From positions 7,464-71,463 of the forward strand of contig PCXZ01000003.1 in the NCBI GenBank assembly GCA_002762985.1: a DNA stretch of 64,000 bases, in the 5' to 3' direction. Both the position numbers and the translations under genes were made by a program. The DNA comes from Candidatus Woesearchaeota archaeon CG10_big_fil_rev_8_21_14_0_10_44_13. GTDB lineage: Archaea; Nanobdellota; Nanobdellia; Woesearchaeales; UBA12501. The notes beneath the pieces are model-generated. The model was not told where the DNA came from and ran no database searches. It was given only the letters and a program-made list of their open reading frames with translations. This document shows positions 39,208 through 49,127 of this stretch, piece after piece (positions within the stretch are counted from its first letter, which is position 1; each line of letters opens with the position of its first letter).

Positions 39208-39575
39208 GCTGTTTTTACCTCAATAAACTTGTTCCTGACAATGCATACAAGGCAGTAAGTCTCATTCTCCTTACCGAAATACCTTTCAATGATGACTTTT
39301 CTCCCTCTGGAACGAATCACACTCCCTGTTTTTATAGTCTCTTCAGCCTTTTCAATCTCAATATCCCTTATCTTCCATCTATTGATGAAATGCAAGGTGT
39401 ATGTTATTGAAAATTGTCGGGGTTTAATACCTCGGACTTCAGTCCGACAATTTTCAAGACTAAAAACTCGCCTATCAAGGCGAGGAGCGTAATACCACTG
39501 CCTTTAGGCAGGGGATAGCTCCAAGCGGCGAGTTTTTATTATCTCCTTTTCGTTTGTCTTCGGCAGCCCTTCCAT
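39186..39575 (-). pseudogene. DUF4258-like putative toxin interrupted by a 135-bp palindromic element
   Basis: Removing 39408-39542 gives the continuous ORF MEGLPKTNEKEITYTLHFINRWKIRDIEIEKAEETIKTG...EVKTAWKRQGR. Confidence 0.75.
39408..39542 (+). mobile_element. Non-autonomous IS200/IS605-type palindromic element (PATE/MITE), short copy
   Basis: Preceded by TTAT and ends in TTAT. Two AATA-preceded hairpins (TCGGAC-TTCA-GTCCGA and CTGCC-TTTA-GGCAG). Homologous to 52052-52353. Confidence 0.8.
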
Positions 39576-39810
39576 ACTCTCACTTAGAACTGCAATTATA
39601 ACATAAGTTATAACTGCTATATAAATTTTTCTGTTTTGTTCTGCAATACATTCCTAGTTTATCAATGAAATTATCAATGAAAGGTTCTTTATATGGCTTT
39701 CCCGGAAAAATCCGGAGGATTTTCGGATGATAATCCTATTTTCGGAGATCTTTCAGAAGGATATAAGATTATAGATAAATTTTATAAACTCCTCTCCTAA
39801 CCTATATCCA

Positions 39811-40578
39811 ATGGCGAGTGACGGAGACCCAATCATCTATGCGGGCGCAGGATTCTTCGGAGGACTCTACCTATTCTACAAAGGTTTCACATGGCTGAAG
39901 CTGAAAAAGCTCATAGAGAACATGCCCACATCGAAGGTAAGGGCGATTGCGATGGGCCTTGTCGAGGTCTATGGCGAAGTCGTGCCATATGAGAAAAAGC
40001 TGCTCAAGAGCCCATTGCTGGACAAGGACTGCGTCTATTACTCATACTCCATCCAGGAGGAAAGAGGCTCTGGCAAGCACAGGCACTGGGTGACATTGAA
40101 GAGCGGCCGAGAGATGGTGCATTTCTATCTTAAGGACAACACAGGCGAAGTCCTTGTGGATCCTGAAGGGGCCACAGTGGACATGAAGGCAGACCTGAAC
40201 GTGACTTCATCCTTGGGCAAGGACCCTCCAGCGGCTGTCATGCAGGCCCTCAAGAGGATGAAGCTTTCCCATGACGGCTTCCTTGGGATGAACAAGACCA
40301 TGAGATACACCGAATATCTTGTAGAGCCGAAAGACAAGCTCTACATCCTTGGCGTAGCAGGCGACAATCCTTTTGTCGAGGACACAAAAGGACAGAAGAA
40401 TGAGGAGGACATAATGATACAGAAAGGGAAGCACGGTGACATATATTACCTGTCTGACAGGAATGAGAAGGAGCTGCTGAAGAGCCTGAAATGGAAATCG
40501 ATAGGAGGGGTGATAGGGGGCGCTGTCCTGTCCTTGTTCTGCCTTACCCTCATAATAGCTTATTTTGGGTTGTGGTGA
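39811..40578 (+). CDS. GIDE-domain (E3 ligase-like) membrane protein
   Basis: N- and C-terminal TM helices, PTSKVRAIAMGLVEVYG, FYLKDNTGEVLVDP and E......D.LYILG. Confidence 0.8.
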   Translation: MASDGDPIIYAGAGFFGGLYLFYKGFTWLKLKKLIENMPTSKVRAIAMGLVEVYGEVVPYEKKLLKSPLLDKDCVYYSYSIQEERGSGKHRHWVTLKSGREMVHFYLKDNTGEVLVDPEGATVDMKADLNVTSSLGKDPPAAVMQALKRMKLSHDGFLGMNKTMRYTEYLVEPKDKLYILGVAGDNPFVEDTKGQKNEEDIMIQKGKHGDIYYLSDRNEKELLKSLKWKSIGGVIGGAVLSLFCLTLIIAYFGLW

Positions 40579-40657
40579 CGGCAATCCACCATAATATTAA
40601 TAAATAATGGATTATTTCGGCAGTAGAGATATCATAACAAAACAAGGGGGTTGAAAA

Positions 40658-41227
40658 ATGATCGGAATCGTGATGATAATATTGTTGGTCGTAATTCTTT
40701 TTGTCGTAGGCCTGGCAGGCTATATCTTCGCGATATACAACAGCCTTGTGAGGCTGAAGAACGACATCAACAAGGCATTGGGGAACATCGATGTCCTGCT
40801 GAAACAGAGATATGACGAGCTGCCCAAGCTGATAAATTCGGTCAAGGGCTACATGAAGCATGAGAAAAGCCTGCTTACTGATATAACAAAGGCAAGATCG
40901 ATCTACAGCAGCGCAGGCAATGACATCCATAAGAAGGCGCAGGCCGACAACATGATGACAGGCGCATTGAAGACATTGTTCGCAGTCTCAGAGAATTATC
41001 CTCAATTGAAGGCGAACGAGAATTTCATGCAATTGCAGGGCAGGATCTCAGGCATAGAGAACGAGCTTGCAGACAGGAGGGAATTCTACAACGATTCCGT
41101 CAACACATTCAACATAAGGATACAGTCCATCCCTGATGTGATCATAGCAAGGATGCTGGGCTATACTGCACAGGAGATGTTCAAGGCTGCAGGAGAAGAG
41201 AAGAAGGATGTGAAGGTGGAGTTCTGA
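40658..41227 (+). CDS. lemA: LemA family protein
   Basis: YNSLV, IDVLLKQRYD..P.L, ENYPQLKANENF and RREFYND.V..FN. Confidence 0.95.
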   Translation: MIGIVMIILLVVILFVVGLAGYIFAIYNSLVRLKNDINKALGNIDVLLKQRYDELPKLINSVKGYMKHEKSLLTDITKARSIYSSAGNDIHKKAQADNMMTGALKTLFAVSENYPQLKANENFMQLQGRISGIENELADRREFYNDSVNTFNIRIQSIPDVIIARMLGYTAQEMFKAAGEEKKDVKVEF

Positions 41228-41263
41228 TTTTTTATCTTTTTATTATTGTTTTTCTGTTCTTTT

Positions 41264-41569
41264 TCAGATTCCCACTATGATCTCTTTTTCCTTTATCCTA
41301 AGCGTGACTTCCTTCCCTTTTTCCCATCCCAATGCATCCTCAACAGCCTTCGGTACCCTTAATATCAGATTGCTCCTTATCCTTCCTAGCCTGATCTTTA
41401 TCGCTTCTTTCTTCAGCTTATTCAGGAGAAGTATCTTCTGGGCCTGCCCAGGGTCAAAATATGTCTCGCCGCAGCCGCATCTCCAGCCATCTATCTTCGA
41501 TTGGTTGAATTTCAATCCTTTGGCAAACTTCATCCCCTTCCCGCATCTGTGGCATTTCATTTGTATCAC
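41264..41569 (-). CDS. Zn-ribbon + AbrB-type antitoxin
   Basis: CHRCG...CGCGE followed by IRSNLILRVPKAV...LG. Confidence 0.8.
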   Translation of the reverse strand: MIQMKCHRCGKGMKFAKGLKFNQSKIDGWRCGCGETYFDPGQAQKILLLNKLKKEAIKIRLGRIRSNLILRVPKAVEDALGWEKGKEVTLRIKEKEIIVGI

Positions 41570-41573
41570 TCCT

Positions 41574-41894
41574 TCATTTTTTCCTTGTGAATTTTCCGAA
41601 GTGCACTAAGACCCAGACCTCTTCTTTCGCCTGCTCATTGTAATCCATGGCTGCAACTGCGTTGAAAGTCTTTTTTCCGCTGTCAGCCCATCTTTCGATG
41701 ACGCCTTTTTTCCTCTTCCTCGGCGCATCGTGGCCGTTTTCAAGGATTTCAGCGGCATCAGCAAGGGTCTTTCCATGCTTCATGAGATCCCTCATGGCCG
41801 AAATGGAAGGCACTATCTTTAGGCCTTTATACCTTGGCGTATCTATATGACATATGTAGTCAACGTATGTATATAAATCTTCTGTTTCATACAT
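41574..41894 (-). CDS. DUF4258-like putative toxin (start uncertain)
   Basis: Upstream of the Zn-ribbon/AbrB gene, same layout as 38899-39575. Ends WVLVHFGKFT. Confidence 0.6.
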   Translation of the reverse strand: MYETEDLYTYVDYICHIDTPRYKGLKIVPSISAMRDLMKHGKTLADAAEILENGHDAPRKRKKGVIERWADSGKKTFNAVAAMDYNEQAKEEVWVLVHFGKFTRKK

Positions 41895-42009
41895 CTATGG
41901 TATCATGCTGGAATCTTTTATATGGGTTTATTTTCTCTCCCGGAAAGTTTGCGAAAAGTAAGGATGAAGACCGGAGAATTTGCGGAAAAATCGGGAAAAT
42001 CCAGGGAAT

Positions 42010-42612
42010 TTACGGAGAAGGATCAAACTCTTTTTCAACAACTTCCCCTTTTGGTGATTTCTCCGAGAATATCTGCGCCTGGAACTTGTACAATTTATTA
42101 TCAATGTCCTTCCATGCGTTCTGGTCTATCCCAGCCTTCACCCCTATCTGCTGCAAGAAATCATCAGCGTCCCATTTCCATTCGACTGGCACTTGAGGCA
42201 AAAGCAATCCTGAGCCATAGATTCCCCTAATGATCAGGCCGTCCTTTCCGATCTCTATCTTCTTAAGGTATTCCTCAGGCTTATTCACTTCAATGAGCTC
42301 AGGGACAGAAAGCACAGAGACCTCGATCAGGATATCATCAAACTCTTTCTTCTGCAGGGGAGGGAATCTGGGATCCTCAAATGCCGCTGAACGCGCTGCC
42401 TCAAAGACTGCCCTGTACAATTGATGGGTCGGCTCAGGAAAACCTATGCAGCCTCTCAGCTCGCCTTCCTTTGTCAATGTCACAAAGACTCCCTGCTTCA
42501 CGGGAAAATCCTTCTTGTACTCCTCAATGCTTATCTTTTCCCTTGAGAAATGCGTTTCGATAGAATATCTGGCCAACCTTACAAGTTTCTTCCCTTGCTC
42601 AAGATTGAACAT
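42010..42612 (-). CDS. AMMECR1-domain protein (TIGR00296)
   Basis: GVFVTL...LRGCIG, AAFEDPRF, IEVSVLS, G.DGLI and GLLLPQV. Confidence 0.95.
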   Translation of the reverse strand: MFNLEQGKKLVRLARYSIETHFSREKISIEEYKKDFPVKQGVFVTLTKEGELRGCIGFPEPTHQLYRAVFEAARSAAFEDPRFPPLQKKEFDDILIEVSVLSVPELIEVNKPEEYLKKIEIGKDGLIIRGIYGSGLLLPQVPVEWKWDADDFLQQIGVKAGIDQNAWKDIDNKLYKFQAQIFSEKSPKGEVVEKEFDPSP

Positions 42613-42652
42613 ATTATTGTCTTTAAAGCGGTTTATCAATTTATATTATGGC

Positions 42653-42928
42653 CTATTTGATCTCTTTCAAGAAAGTGTTCCTGAACTTATCATTCTCTTT
42701 CTTGAGCCTTTTCACTGCGTCAAGCAAAGCTTCCTTCGGGTCCTTGCCGTTCGTCTCTATTATTATCTTAGGTGAATCTGAGGATGGATGCTCAAGGTTA
42801 TAGGCCGCTACCTTGACTTTGTCGTCATTCCACAGCTCTTTCCTTATGGCATTGCACAATGTCGAATCTTCCCCTTTCACTTCAATAACAAGCTTGTTTT
42901 TGCCTTTTTCAAGAACTTTTATTTCCAT
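42653..42928 (-). CDS. rpoL: DNA-directed RNA polymerase subunit L (Rpo11)
   Basis: GEDSTLCNAIR.EL...V..AAY..EHP. Confidence 0.92.
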   Translation of the reverse strand: MEIKVLEKGKNKLVIEVKGEDSTLCNAIRKELWNDDKVKVAAYNLEHPSSDSPKIIIETNGKDPKEALLDAVKRLKKENDKFRNTFLKEIK

Positions 42929-43126
42929 TTATAGCACCTAAAAAGGGAGTATTAGAAGTCATTTATAAAGCTTTTGGGCCTTGCGGACCCCCCTTAGATT
43001 AAGAGGGAAAAGGGGTTAAATTTATATATAAGAATGTATTCCAGTATATATATATGTATATTGTGGTTCAGCCATGATATACTTGGTATCATCCAGACAT
43101 CATCCAAAAAATAAGGGGCGATATGA

Positions 43127-45688
43127 ATGGCAAGGATAGGATTCAAGGGATTCTCTGTTTTTGTGTTATTCGCTGCAATGCTGATTTCTTTATGCGCAAA
43201 TGCAAGCGCATTCGTATGGGTGGGTTACATAAAGAACTCCACAGGAAGCTATGTCGAAGGCGCAAATGTCTCTGTGAATTCATATGACCCTGCAGCGATG
43301 AATACGATCGCGGCCACATACTCTGCACTCACGAATTCATCAGGTTATTTCGCCGTCACTGTGACTGAAGGTGCAGGGTACATGTACGAGCCTAAGATAA
43401 GGGTCTATTCAGGGAATCTTGCCCTTGAAGTGGGGCCGTCGTTGCCTATATTCCCCCTGGAGGTATTCCAGATGGGCCTTAATGGCACAACACTCCATAC
43501 CCAGGATGCAGTTTCAATAAACCTAACCATGTACAGGGGGGAGGATGCGAATAACCTGACTACATTCAGCGGCCAGATAACTGATGCTGATAAGGGGTAT
43601 TTCATCCAGAGCTTCTCGAGCAGCAACGGAACAATGGCTTATCTCCCTTCCGATAGGAATTACACAATCTCAGTTTATGGCGGCGGGCCTCCTGTCTCAT
43701 ATACCCTGAATAACATAAGCTCATACAGCTCTCCAAAACGTATTGATTTCAAGGAGAACACAAGCGTCACATTCTACAGCCTTACGGGCTATGCCATAGT
43801 GACAGAGAACAACACTGCAGATGTCAATTTCACAGGGTTCTATTATTCTGATTTCACGGGAAACATGGTGTTTTTGGAAGATGTGCCCCACCCGATGTAT
43901 GAAGGGGATAATGTCAACCCTGGTACAGGCTATTATAACCTGAGCCTTCCTGGCGGGGCCCCCATGCTGCTCATGGTCTATGCGAATGACTCAAGCAAGC
44001 ATTACATGGGCCTGCTCAACCTGAGCATGACACAGGACAGGGAGCTTAATGTGACATTGCATACTCTCGCAGGCACATATAGGGCAGACAGCAGCGTGAT
44101 CAACACGAGCAGGGTCCAGATAGATGTCAAGGATGCATCTACAGGCGCAGCAATATCGGGGGGCGGTTTTGTAGAGATTGAGACGACATATTCCACCACA
44201 TACACTGACCTCACTATAAAATGGGAGAAAGACATCTCATCGGACACTAACTCGCTGAACGTCTCCCTGTTCAACTCATCGACGGCAAAGATAACGATCT
44301 TCAGCAGCAACTATGCGCCGAGGAAATACAAGGCAGGCACAGCAGCATTGAATGCAGCTAATGCGACTATAACTGTGGGCCTGTACACCATGAACCTCTC
44401 GACAGACACAGGAACCGAACTTGACATGAATATGGTCTTCTATAAGTCGAACTCGACATGCGATGTGATATCGCCGCCAGCAGGATGCCTCATGTCAAAT
44501 TTCTCTTCTGATGACCAATTCAACCCTATGCAGGCATTGCTCGGCGGGGATGTGAGCATGAGACTCGTGCAGGACAATGGCGTCGTCGTCCATTATGCGG
44601 ATGTTGACATGCTCAAATCAGGGCCTCCAGACATAATGATGACCCCGAACGGGGCGAATGCCACTTCAGGCGCTTCCTTTGAATCAGCATGGAAATTCGG
44701 GAGCAAGGGGCCCGACACATATGATCATATACTCATAGGAGTACCTTACAACCCTGCAACACTTGACGAGGCTTCCAGCGTGAACCTCAGCATACCTGTG
44801 CTGTACGATGAGGATTGGGCGCCCCAATGGAACACCACGACGATGGGGACAGGAGTGAACCTGACAGATTATGCGGCTTATGACTCAACATGGTTCAGCA
44901 GTGCAGGAATGAACTGCAATGCGGCAGCCAACCTGAGCCAGGGCCAGAACTGCTCGATGAACACATCAACAAATATGGTGTGGCTGAGACTGCCCCATTT
45001 CTCGGCAGTAGGCCCTACACTGAAAGGGACTGCTGTAGTGGCCACAACAACGACAACCACAACAACGACCAGTTCTGGAGGAAGCGGAGGCGGTTCAGTC
45101 TCAGGGGCAGCTGCGGCAACAGGGACCGCATTGAGCGAAGCATCTGTCGACACAGGCCCGGCTCTTGCAGGTGATGTCATCAAATTCGCGCTTGAAAAAG
45201 GCAGCACGACAACGTACTCTTTCGATATAATCACAGTGAGGGCTGACAATGTCGATATAAAGCTCAGCACAGGCGAAAAGTCAGTGATAAGGCTCGGAGA
45301 GCCGAAAGAGTTTGACATGAACAATGACGGAAGCAATGACATCTCCATAAACCTCTACTCGATAAAGGGTGAGAAAGCCTACATGAAGATATCGATGGTA
45401 GAAAAGCCCGTCGTGTCAGGACAGGAAGCGCCTGAAGCAGGAAAAGAGACGCAGCTTGCGCCCGAAGCCCAGCCCGCTGTAGCACCAGGGCAGAAGGAAG
45501 ATGAAGGAGATATTGTTGAAAAGACAGCAGGGACCTCTTTGACAAAGATCGCAGGCATAGCAATACTCGCCCTTGCAGCGATAATGCTTGGCGTGATGGC
45601 ATGGCATAAGCATATGAGGAAGATCTACGAGAAGACTGCAGAGAAGATAAACATAAACGACTTTTTCAATGATACTAAGAAGAAATGA
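43127..45688 (+). CDS. Large cell-surface glycoprotein (S-layer-like)
   Basis: Signal peptide, about 30 N-x-S/T sequons counted by eye, LPHFS motif, poly-Thr/Gly-Ser linker and C-terminal TM. Confidence 0.85.
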   Translation: MARIGFKGFSVFVLFAAMLISLCANASAFVWVGYIKNSTGSYVEGANVSVNSYDPAAMNTIAATYSALTNSSGYFAVTVTEGAGYMYEPKIRVYSGNLALEVGPSLPIFPLEVFQMGLNGTTLHTQDAVSINLTMYRGEDANNLTTFSGQITDADKGYFIQSFSSSNGTMAYLPSDRNYTISVYGGGPPVSYTLNNISSYSSPKRIDFKENTSVTFYSLTGYAIVTENNTADVNFTGFYYSDFTGNMVFLEDVPHPMYEGDNVNPGTGYYNLSLPGGAPMLLMVYANDSSKHYMGLLNLSMTQDRELNVTLHTLAGTYRADSSVINTSRVQIDVKDASTGAAISGGGFVEIETTYSTTYTDLTIKWEKDISSDTNSLNVSLFNSSTAKITIFSSNYAPRKYKAGTAALNAANATITVGLYTMNLSTDTGTELDMNMVFYKSNSTCDVISPPAGCLMSNFSSDDQFNPMQALLGGDVSMRLVQDNGVVVHYADVDMLKSGPPDIMMTPNGANATSGASFESAWKFGSKGPDTYDHILIGVPYNPATLDEASSVNLSIPVLYDEDWAPQWNTTTMGTGVNLTDYAAYDSTWFSSAGMNCNAAANLSQGQNCSMNTSTNMVWLRLPHFSAVGPTLKGTAVVATTTTTTTTTSSGGSGGGSVSGAAAATGTALSEASVDTGPALAGDVIKFALEKGSTTTYSFDIITVRADNVDIKLSTGEKSVIRLGEPKEFDMNNDGSNDISINLYSIKGEKAYMKISMVEKPVVSGQEAPEAGKETQLAPEAQPAVAPGQKEDEGDIVEKTAGTSLTKIAGIAILALAAIMLGVMAWHKHMRKIYEKTAEKININDFFNDTKKK

Positions 45689-45718
45689 TTTTTTCTTTTT
45701 TATAATATTTTTATTCTT

Positions 45719-46354
45719 TTATAATCTCTTCTGCTCCCTGACCAATCTCCAGCAGCCGACCTTTATCCTGTGGATATTCTTCTTATGGAAAAGCTGCGAT
45801 GCTTTCAGCGGGAAATCAAACCCATAATAGTTCGCTATCCTGAAGCCATTGTCTGACGAGATCTTCTCTATGAAATTCTTCGATGTCGCCTTATGGAAAG
45901 AATATATAGAATCTGATATCTCAAATGCTTTCATAAGGAAATCCCTGTCCGCATGCTTCTGTTTTGTGCCGAAAGGGGGGTTCTGTATGACCGTGTCGAC
46001 GTTCTCCTTGAAATCATTGACATCCTTGACTATGAAAACGGCCTTGTCCTTGTCCAGGATCGTGAATCTGCTCAGGTTTTCCTTTGCTATGGCTATCGCT
46101 TTTTCGTCAGAATCCACAAAATAGACGAGCTTTGCGCCCAATAAGAGGGCTCCGATGCCGAGGATGCCTGTGCCGCAGCCGAGGTCTGCGACGGCCTTGT
46201 TCTCGATATCCCCTTTGAAATATGCGTCCCAGAGGACTTCTGCGCCGAACTCAGAGTCCATGGGATATTGCTCTGTCTTCACGTCAGGATTCTCGAATAC
46301 CTTGAGCTTGGATAATTCGATTGCTAATCTTGATTTGGAGTTCAGGTATGGCAT
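45719..46354 (-). CDS. METTL5-family N6-adenine RNA methyltransferase
   Basis: EQYP, DLGCGTGILG, NPPFG, HAD..FL and YSFHK. Confidence 0.92.
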   Translation of the reverse strand: MPYLNSKSRLAIELSKLKVFENPDVKTEQYPMDSEFGAEVLWDAYFKGDIENKAVADLGCGTGILGIGALLLGAKLVYFVDSDEKAIAIAKENLSRFTILDKDKAVFIVKDVNDFKENVDTVIQNPPFGTKQKHADRDFLMKAFEISDSIYSFHKATSKNFIEKISSDNGFRIANYYGFDFPLKASQLFHKKNIHRIKVGCWRLVREQKRL

Positions 46355-46442
46355 ATTATGAAACTTGTTTTGGTAAGTTTATAAATTTTTACTTGATAAT
46401 ATTTTGAGCATATAATCTTAAAAAATGAGCGTGTTAAAAAAT

Positions 46443-46538
46443 CAAAAACCGGCCCACCCCTATCTGATAAACCAACTCATATCCCGCCCCGTCGCATGAA
46501 TGTGCTCAGAAGCCCGGCGAGAGGGCACATATTTTGAA
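46443..46538. repeat. Dispersed ~95-bp non-coding repeat, copy 2
   Basis: Aligns with 17600-17698. Confidence 0.85.
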
Positions 46539-46542
46539 TAAT

Positions 46543-47451
46543 CTATCCCTTCTTCTTCGCCAGGTACCTTGCGGCTTTCAGCAAAGCCATGCATCCCTGG
46601 CCCGCTGCGATTATGTACTGGTATTCATGGCCTGAAGCGCAGTCTCCTGCAGCGAAGATGCCCTCTACGCTCGTATTTGTCCAGCCGTCCACCATTATGT
46701 GCCCATGCTCATCTGTCTTCACAAGGCTCATGAACCTGTCTGTGTTGGGGATCCTGCCTGCTTCGACAATGACTCCTTTGACATAGATCTTCTTTATCTT
46801 GCCTTCCTTCTCATAGACAATGGCTTCCACAAAATCTTTTCCAAGGATCTCTTTCACTCTCGCCCGGCTTATCATCTCGACATGGGCATTGTTCTTTATC
46901 TTCTCTATCAAGGATTCATGGGCCATGAGCTGCTCTGCTGAATCTATCATATATATCCTGTCTGCGATCTTCAGCATGAAATCCGCTGCCTCTAATGCAG
47001 AATTGCCTCCGCCTATTATCGCCACTTTCTTGTCCCTGAACAACGGCCCGTCGCATATCGCGCAGTATGTCACGCCCTTATTGGCGAGCCTTTCTTCTCC
47101 TGGCACACCAAGTTTTCTCGCCCTTGCCCCTGTCGCTATGATCACTGACCTTGTCTCGTAATCCATCTTGCCTGTGATGACCCTGAAATTATTGTTCTTT
47201 ATCCCCTCAATCCCCTGGACCTCCTCTATCTTTATGCCTATGCCGTTGAATTTCATCTGCTCCATCAATACCGTAGAGAATTCTATTCCGGTCGTCTTTA
47301 CGATCCCGGGATAATTGAGGACCTCATTGCTCAGGTTCATCTGTCCTGCGAAATCGCTCGAGAATATGAGGAAATCCATGCGTTTCCTCGCTGCATAGAT
47401 GGCTGCAGTCATGCCTGCGATGCCAGCCCCGATTATTATTGTGTCTTGCAT
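46543..47451 (-). CDS. trxB: Thioredoxin reductase
   Basis: IGAG.AG, NYPG, IIATGA, YCAICDG, GGGNSA and FAAGD. Confidence 0.92.
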   Translation of the reverse strand: MQDTIIIGAGIAGMTAAIYAARKRMDFLIFSSDFAGQMNLSNEVLNYPGIVKTTGIEFSTVLMEQMKFNGIGIKIEEVQGIEGIKNNNFRVITGKMDYETRSVIIATGARARKLGVPGEERLANKGVTYCAICDGPLFRDKKVAIIGGGNSALEAADFMLKIADRIYMIDSAEQLMAHESLIEKIKNNAHVEMISRARVKEILGKDFVEAIVYEKEGKIKKIYVKGVIVEAGRIPNTDRFMSLVKTDEHGHIMVDGWTNTSVEGIFAAGDCASGHEYQYIIAAGQGCMALLKAARYLAKKKG

Positions 47452-47480
47452 TGGCCTCTTTTTTTGTCGATCAAATACCG

Positions 47481-48389
47481 CTAATCATTCTCATAATTAT
47501 ACCATCCCCTGAACTGATAGACGAATGCATTGATCATCTTAGATAGCTTGATGAGGCTGTCCCTATCTATTGCCTTATCCTGGCCATTATTTTGCCCCAG
47601 CTCTCTTATCTTCTCCTTCACCAGGTCAACGAACCTGGAGCTGTTGACAAATTCAAAATTAGCGTCATAGTGGTTGTCTAAACTTCCGTCTTCGATCGCT
47701 CCATAGACTTTTTCCTTGATAGCATCACGGACAGCAACTCCCAATTTGAAGACTGCGCTTTCGGTCCTCTCATCCTCAGGGGAATCATATATCAGCCTGT
47801 CCATCTCGCTGAGGAATTCTTTTTCTGTCGAATCCAGCTTCTTTATCATATGCTCTCCTTTGACCAAAGCAGAGAACAGGCTGTGGAATGTCTGCACATC
47901 CTGCACCTTTTTTATCACAGTCAGTTCTATCTCAAACTGCTGTTTGATGTGGGATATCAGCCTTTCAGGGTCATTTGATCCGGCAAGAAGTTTTTCTGTC
48001 AGGTGCATCTGGTTCTTCAGGATGTTGTATATGTAATGCGATAACCAATATGCATACTCATGCTTTGTTTCTGCATAGGCCAGGCATTGCTCAAGCCTGT
48101 GCAGTCTTTTGATCTTCAGGGAATGCTCCATCCATTCCAGGTCAGAAATCAGCTCTTCCTCCTCTTTCTGTTCGTCATGGATATCGACCAGTTCTGTCTG
48201 CAGGATCTTTTTCAGCGCCAAAAGGTCAGTTTTAAAATTGCTGCCTGCTTTCAATCTCTCAATGATGAGCTTCTTTTCAGGGATGGTCCCAAGATATCCG
48301 TTCAGGTTCTTTATGATGGCCTCATCATCAAGCTTTATCTCTTTTGCAGCCGTTTCCTCTGAGCCGAAGAGATGATCCAGTATTTTCAT
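47481..48389 (-). CDS. Hypothetical helical protein
   Basis: 302-aa ORF with no recognised motif. Confidence 0.7.
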   Translation of the reverse strand: MKILDHLFGSEETAAKEIKLDDEAIIKNLNGYLGTIPEKKLIIERLKAGSNFKTDLLALKKILQTELVDIHDEQKEEEELISDLEWMEHSLKIKRLHRLEQCLAYAETKHEYAYWLSHYIYNILKNQMHLTEKLLAGSNDPERLISHIKQQFEIELTVIKKVQDVQTFHSLFSALVKGEHMIKKLDSTEKEFLSEMDRLIYDSPEDERTESAVFKLGVAVRDAIKEKVYGAIEDGSLDNHYDANFEFVNSSRFVDLVKEKIRELGQNNGQDKAIDRDSLIKLSKMINAFVYQFRGWYNYEND

Positions 48390-48554
48390 ATGGCTGAGGA
48401 GGCACGAAGTGTTAATAAATTTTTCTCTTTATCATCCTTTAAACCGCTTTATGGCCCTTAACAAACAAGTTTATTAATCGTTTTTCCCGGAAACCAAAAT
48501 CTTTATATAGAATCCCATTACCCCAACATAATATTGTTATTGGGGGTGTAATAC

Positions 48555-49100
48555 GTGGAGTCAAAAGAGGTAGAGACATTAGTCCACAAACATGTCCTGC
48601 CGCTTAATGAGCAGATAAAGGCAGCTTTCAGGACAGTCCAGGAGGAATTCGAGGACCATCTGGATGCGATCAATGAGAACACCCAGGAACTGCAGCACCA
48701 TCACGACGCAATCTCTGAGCTCAACAGGAAGCTCGAGAAGATCAATGAGAGGATTGACGAGATGCAGCTGATGATAAAGCAGGTCTATATGGACAAGAGG
48801 GACATAAGCCTCAATTTCGACGAGCAGAAGATATTCTTGCTTTTGTACACGCATGAGAACGGCTATCTTTCGTTCGATGAGATCTCAGCGAAGACAGGAT
48901 TCTCTCCTGACTATACGAGGAGCATGATAAACTCCATGCTTGACAAGGGCATATCGATGATCAGGGAGATCATAGATGCGAAGCTTTTCTTCAGGCTTAA
49001 CCCGAGGTTCAGGGCGATGCAGGCGAAGGAGAACATCGTGCAGATAGAGCCTGCTGTCGTGAGGCAGTTCGAGAACAGGATGCTGGGAAGCTTCTTCTGA
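48555..49100 (+). CDS. Coiled-coil + winged-helix protein
   Basis: N-terminal heptads followed by EQKIFLLLY...LSFDEISAKTG...MLDKGI. Confidence 0.8.
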   Translation: MESKEVETLVHKHVLPLNEQIKAAFRTVQEEFEDHLDAINENTQELQHHHDAISELNRKLEKINERIDEMQLMIKQVYMDKRDISLNFDEQKIFLLLYTHENGYLSFDEISAKTGFSPDYTRSMINSMLDKGISMIREIIDAKLFFRLNPRFRAMQAKENIVQIEPAVVRQFENRMLGSFF

Positions 49101-49127
49101 TTTTTTTGTTATTTTTTTCTCAGAAAA

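Noticed and set aside
39408-39542. In-frame coding insertion or BHB-type mRNA intron
   Set aside because: Length is a multiple of 3, but it contains an in-frame TAA on the coding strand. I could not form a BHB at its junctions.
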